This document shows positions 58,701-64,000 of a stretch of DNA of 64,000 nt, in pieces. The translations under genes were made by a program, and so were the position numbers. Position 1 is the stretch's first letter. The number at the start of each line of letters is the position of its first letter. The notes under the pieces were generated by a model. It ran no database searches and had not been told where the DNA came from. It saw only the letters and a program-made list of their open reading frames with translations. The stretch spans positions 2,728,001-2,792,000 of the forward strand of contig JBHGNT010000016.1 of assembly GCA_043228905.1 (NCBI GenBank), in the 5' to 3' direction. Origin of the DNA: Azolla caroliniana. Its lineage: Eukaryota; Plantae; Polypodiophyta.

Positions 58701-61700
58701 CCTAGAATTTACACTCTTAGAGTATTTCAATCAAATTTTAATTAATACTATTAGTAAATGAAAATGTATATCATTATTACATGATGATGATATTATTTTA
58801 AGTGTGTTATAAAAATATATACAATATAAATATATTATTATATACACTTCATAGTACATACATATATTTATATGATAATATGACATGGAAAATAGAATTT
58901 TAGTATGTCACTTGACGGGCATTTTTACTAAACGGGCAAAATGGCCTTTGATGGGCATGACACCCATCAAAAATTTGCCCTGTTCATATGTACAAAAATT
59001 CATTGTGTATTTTTTGTTTTCCTTTTTCTCTCTTTTTTTTTGTGGGGGTTATCATTACTTTTTATGATCATATATAACTCTTGGCTTGATATTATGAATG
59101 TACATAAATCTTTGACTTTAGTTGGCATGCTGACCTTGGATCAGAGTCATATTTTGGCAATGTAGTGGTGAAGTAGTTGAGCTTCATGGTTGTATCCTTG
59201 GAAGGTTTTTTGCCTCTTTGTTACTTCCAGTTGTTATTTTCCCTTGGGATCTTCATTTGAGTCTTAAGATTTCTTTTTAATTGTTTATACATTCTGATCT
59301 TGGAATACAAATGTTTCTGATTTAACCTACTTGATTTTGATGTTGCACTCTGGTTTTTTGCTATATTTTCTTAAAAATTTGAGGCAACCTGCATGCGTTG
59401 ATATGGATACTGGATAAGCAAAATTAGATCTTTACTTAACGTTTTACCTACAAGGCATTTCATTGGTAGAAATCATTTGCATTCAAACACAGAACAACAT
59501 TATAATTTGTGTTAAAGCTAGCCATATGTGGAAGGTCAGATTATTGTTTGTTTTAATGGTAGTTTCAGAGCCTCAAAAGTAAAATGCTATTTACTCTATA
59601 AAGAAATTGGTGCAATAAACAATGTGTAGACAATTATGAGCAAAGGCCATGTTTGTGTTCAATTGAGTTTTCAATGTAGTATGTGCTTATTGATGGCCAT
59701 CTTTGAATGCAGTTAGCGTCAAGTCGTTTGCCAGACACTATTTTCTGCAGTCCACTCTTCCAAGAAGTTCTTACTGCAGATACAGAGAACCAGAATGCGG
59801 ATGCATTGTTATTGGCTTTACGACTTTGGGAAAAGCTTCCAACATCTATTCGCGATTCTTGTCCACTATTACCCAATTCACATAGCATCGATGCATTATT
59901 TGAACCAGATCATGTGCTTTCTTTACTTCCAGTTTTGAAGGTATGATGAGCAATATGATCTAAGAAGGAAATTTATTGCCAGATTGGTTTTTTGTTATCA
60001 CGGGGGATTGCACTTGATTTCTTCCCTCTAGTACGTGAAACCTTTAGTTTGCATGTCTCTCCAAAATCACATGTGAAATATGCGAAGAACTTGTCTTACT
60101 GATATAATCTGAACTTAGTGATTCAGCAAACTGGATTTCTGCAGATGATCTGGCAGGGGACATAATTTTCCTTTGTTGTCTGGCTAATGAAGAATCATCA
60201 ATGTAAATGATTATGACCAAACAAGTACACTGTCATGGAATGAATGAAGGCAAAGTCAATTATCAAATTCCACAAATTGCATTATTATGTTCTTTTGACT
60301 TGTCCATGCACAACTATTGATGCCATACCACCCATCAATCGAGTACTCATTCTCCCAATACGAGTATACTTTCCTTTCTATGATTTTACAGGGTTACTTT
60401 CCATTTAGGGTTAAAATGACCTTTCCTGGCAATGATATCTTTATGAATTGTTGAACACGTTCAGCCCATATGAATGATACCTTTTGTAAGCAAAGAAGCT
60501 TACGTGTCATACAGTTCGTGCCCGATGTGTTGAACTGCTGGGGCAATTGCTTCACAACAATGTGAGCATTGTAGTTGATTATCCTAAGTAGTATTTCATA
60601 TGACATGATGTTTTTGATTGTCCCGCATTAAGAAAGGAAAATCAAATCTAGCAAAAGCCACTATAGTTTGTACAGTCTGAAGGCCGACATGAACAATAAT
60701 CATTAAGATAAATCTCATATTCGACTATTTGCGAAGGTTCAAACTTAATACCAAGCTTACATGTCCAAGATTTTGGTATTTATCCAGTTCTATGCTTTAC
60801 ACTTAGCTACAATGGCAATTAGCAGAAACTAAGAGGTATTGGTAATGGAAATAAAATGGAGATAAAAGTTTGTCATCAAATGTAGATTCGATGTGTCTGT
60901 ATATACACCACAATATGATATTTGAACCCCTCCTATTATGTTGTAAATTGTTGATGTCTTGCTTTGACAAGTGATCTTTATGCTGGAATTTTGCCTCATC
61001 ACTGTCCAATATCGGAACGAAAACAGCAGCAATGAACCGCTGGCTTTCAGCTTATACAATAGCTGGGCACTATTCTACTTATAGCTTAGGAATTACTACT
61101 AGAAACATTCACCAAAAACGTTTAGTGTTAAATGCTTTGGCTCGTTCTTTTTATGATCTGGTTGCACCTGGTATTGATAATTAATGGTTCCAAGTTTGGG
61201 ATGTTAATCATTTTTTTGTCTTTGAATCATTTTGTCTTATTATATCTACCTTGCTTTTTTCAACTGATACTATTGAAAAGCTGTCTGGATTCTCTTTTGA
61301 CATGTCTGCACAATCTTCGAGTCTCATCAGGCTTGCTTTTGTAGAGATTTGTAACATCTCTTCATCTCTGCTAATGTTCAGTGTTGTCTTTTATTTTCCT
61401 CTCTAGTACCTTCTTTGAGTATATACTAGTATTAAAAAGAAATCTTAGCTTGATGCATATATTTTGCATAATATTTATCTTCTATACTTAGCTGTGTGAA
61501 AGTTTGCCTCTTATGTTAAGTATTTGACTTTCTTAATGTTAAATTGTAGGATTCATCTAGTTGTCATCCTCGAGTTCACCCTGTCTGGACTATCTTAGTA
61601 GATCTGTTATTTATGGAAACAAACAGCCAGGCTCTGCAGACACCTAAGAAAAAGAAAAAGAGACCACAAACAGAAGCAAATGGGTTAGGTAAAACAGTTG

Positions 61701-64000
61701 AAGAGAGAGTAGCATCATTTTGGGAACTTGTGGTTAATAAATCCCTCTTACCATCTTCCCATGAGCGAAAGTATTTGGTAATGGAGTTGCTTCAGTTGGT
61801 TCTCCCAAGAGCCTCTGCTCATTCTACTCGCTGGATTTTGTCAGAGACACTAGTGCATTGCCTCATTGATAATCTTGTAGCCAAGGGGAACCTTCTCCAT
61901 AAATCCGCACAGAGATGCATAGACTTCATTTGTCAATGGGCTAAAGCTGATGAAAAGCGAATTCCTGCAGTTATCCTGTCTTTGCAGTGTTGTAGCAATG
62001 GGAAATTTGATTCACTCACAAGGACACAAACTGTGAAGCAGCTCATGGATATGTTGAAATCTGAAGAGGGATCGTTCTTGCTATATGAGAAACTAATACA
62101 ACTTTTCAATGCAAAAGATATGTGGCTGACTAATGATGAAAGTGGATGCGAGCTATATGATGTGAAGGGAAGCAAAATGCCAAAAATTGAGGGTCCGAAA
62201 CCTAACACACCTAAAAAGCATTGGGTTCTTGATCAGCTTTGTGTCTTTGTCAAGCAAATGAAGGGTGAATTGGCAGTTCGGCTATCCTTACAGAAAGAAC
62301 TCGTGAAGTTTCTAACTGTGAATGCACTTTTCATTGGCTCTCCGGGAACAAAATGTAAAGTTAAAGGGCTAGATGAAGAGGTTACTTTCCCACCAGCACC
62401 TTTATCTGAAGATATCAGGAATGTCTGTTTAGCTCGTCTGCAAAGTCTGTTAGTGGATGTTTCACCATCAGCATCTATATCAAGAGACAAGAAAATGAAT
62501 CCAGAAGATTTGCTCCTAAAGAAAGTACCTAATTCTTCTGATCTGAGATTCTTTTTTCTTGAGCTATGTAATATGCTTGAACAAATCCCAGGTGTCACAC
62601 GAGTTCAACCCATTTCAAAAGATGATAGAGATGCGATTAATGCTCTTCAGTCATGTATATCCCAACTCTTTGCCGTGGTAAGCTGTGTCATCCTGTCTAG
62701 ATCTGAGGCAATCAGCCTCGTCAAATTCATGTGACAAAAACAATTTTTACATTGTTTTACAGGTGAAGGAATGTGAACGTGAGAAAGTGAAAAAAATTGA
62801 AGCCATGTGCTCCTTGCTCATGCAACTTCTCTTACGCTCTGTCACTTCTCAAGTTGTTGAAATTGCAGCAGATCTTATTATGTGCTGTAAAAGGGCTTTT
62901 GGGGATCTGATTGATGTGGACACAGAGGGCAGCGATAATGGCGAAGAGCTTCCAAACTTCATCGATGTCCTGATTGACATCTTACTATCCTTATTGACAG
63001 AAACATCTGCGCCAATACGAGCTGCTGCTGAGCAGGTGTGAATGTTTTCTCCATTTTCATCTTTATTTTAAAAATATAACATAGAAATTGTCACTAATAT
63101 TTTTTAATTGTAGAAATATGGTATTTTGAATCTGTGAAGGTTGAATACTAATTGATAGTTTTCTGCTCACCTTTCATCTCACTTGCATTCAGCTCAATGC
63201 AAATACATATGCTTGTAACCTGAATTAATAGCTTTGTGAATCCTGATTTGGCAGGTCTTTAGATGTTTTTGCTCTGATTTAACAGAGGCATCTATGCTGA
63301 ACCTGTTAAGAGTTGTTGAAAAACAGCTTGGATATGCTAGGAGACATGCATCTATTATTCCAGACACGGGCAATGAAGATGAGGTCAATGATATTCTTGA
63401 ACTTGAAGAAACTGACGACGATGACGATGACAATGGCGACGACGACGACGACGACGAAAAAGCTACTGAGGGCAATGATGATGGTACGGATGATAGTGAA
63501 GATGAGAGTCAAGGAAAAGAGCACTCTGTTTCAGATTTGACTGCCGATAAGTCTTCTAAGAAAAAGCCAGATGCAGCAGAAGATGATCCTGAAAACAGTG
63601 GCAGTGGCAGCGATTCTGATATGGATGATGAGGCCATGTTTAGAATTGACAAACATTTGGTGAATCTGTTAAAGCAGAAAGGAGCTATAGGGGAGAAGGG
63701 AGAAGGGAAGGATGCGCAGACACAGCTCATGCATTTTAAATTTCGAGTGCTTTCACTTTTACAATTCTTTTTCCACAAGGAAAGTGATAATCCTTTATGT
63801 GTCATGGCAGTGCCTCACCTGCTTCAAGCTTTTGTAGCCTCTTCTTCTGTAGGTGGAAGCACACAACTTGCCGATAAGATCAGTTTGATACTCAAAACCG
63901 AGCTTTTTAAATCAAAGAAATACCCAAAAGGGCCAAAGCTGGATAAAAGTACTCTTGAACCCTTGCTTCAAAAATGTCTTAAGTTGTCATCAAGGTCTAA
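55702..64000 (+). CDS. MYBBP1A: Myb-binding protein 1A / Pol5 (DNA polymerase V/phi family) nucleolar protein, 3'-incomplete
   Basis: Exons 55702-56121, 57431-57556, 57636-57830, 59713-59940, 61550-62677, 62763-63035, 63255->64000. LQNCAPSVRYALRRLVRGVGSSRE-SARQGFA, CHPRVHPVW, LLPSSHERK, FDSLTRTQTVK, acidic tract, DMDDEAMFRID..L, QL.HFKFRVL.LL. Confidence 0.88.
58235..58982. mobile_element. Non-autonomous hAT-type element (second family) in MYBBP1A intron 3
   Basis: Perfect 8-bp TSD TTCATATG (58227-58234 and 58983-58990), TIRs CAGGGCCTAAATTT / AAATTTGCCCTG, TTGACGGGC subterminal repeats, very AT-rich interior. Confidence 0.88.

Overview
Eukaryotic land-plant nuclear DNA, probably from a fern or another non-seed plant. 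That assignment is inference from the intronless PLS-class PPR genes with truncated E domains, TE-inflated introns and RTE/RTEX-like LINEs. Eight protein-coding genes are supported: a non-RD Ser/Thr kinase (+), a secreted A1 aspartic protease (-), two convergent PLS-PPR genes, a 17-exon class I trehalose-6-phosphate synthase (-, 26 kb), an 8-exon ATAD3 (+), a 2-exon probable mitoribosomal protein (-) and a MYBBP1A/Pol5-like gene (+) that runs off the window. The TPS introns carry four copies of one LINE family, a deleted copia element split by one of those LINEs, and hAT-type non-autonomous elements. Four hAT-type elements across the window keep 8-bp TSDs. The most unusual unexplained structures are: (1) a cryptic in-frame alternative first exon in TPS intron 1 that mimics the end of exon 1; (2) a 1.07-kb hierarchical G-rich minisatellite ending 111 bp before the ATAD3 start; (3) a diverged ~850-bp non-coding segment repeated between two different convergent gene pairs. 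I found no CRISPR array, RNA gene or prokaryote-type system, and no clearly new multi-gene system can be established from sequence alone. All coordinates were read by eye.
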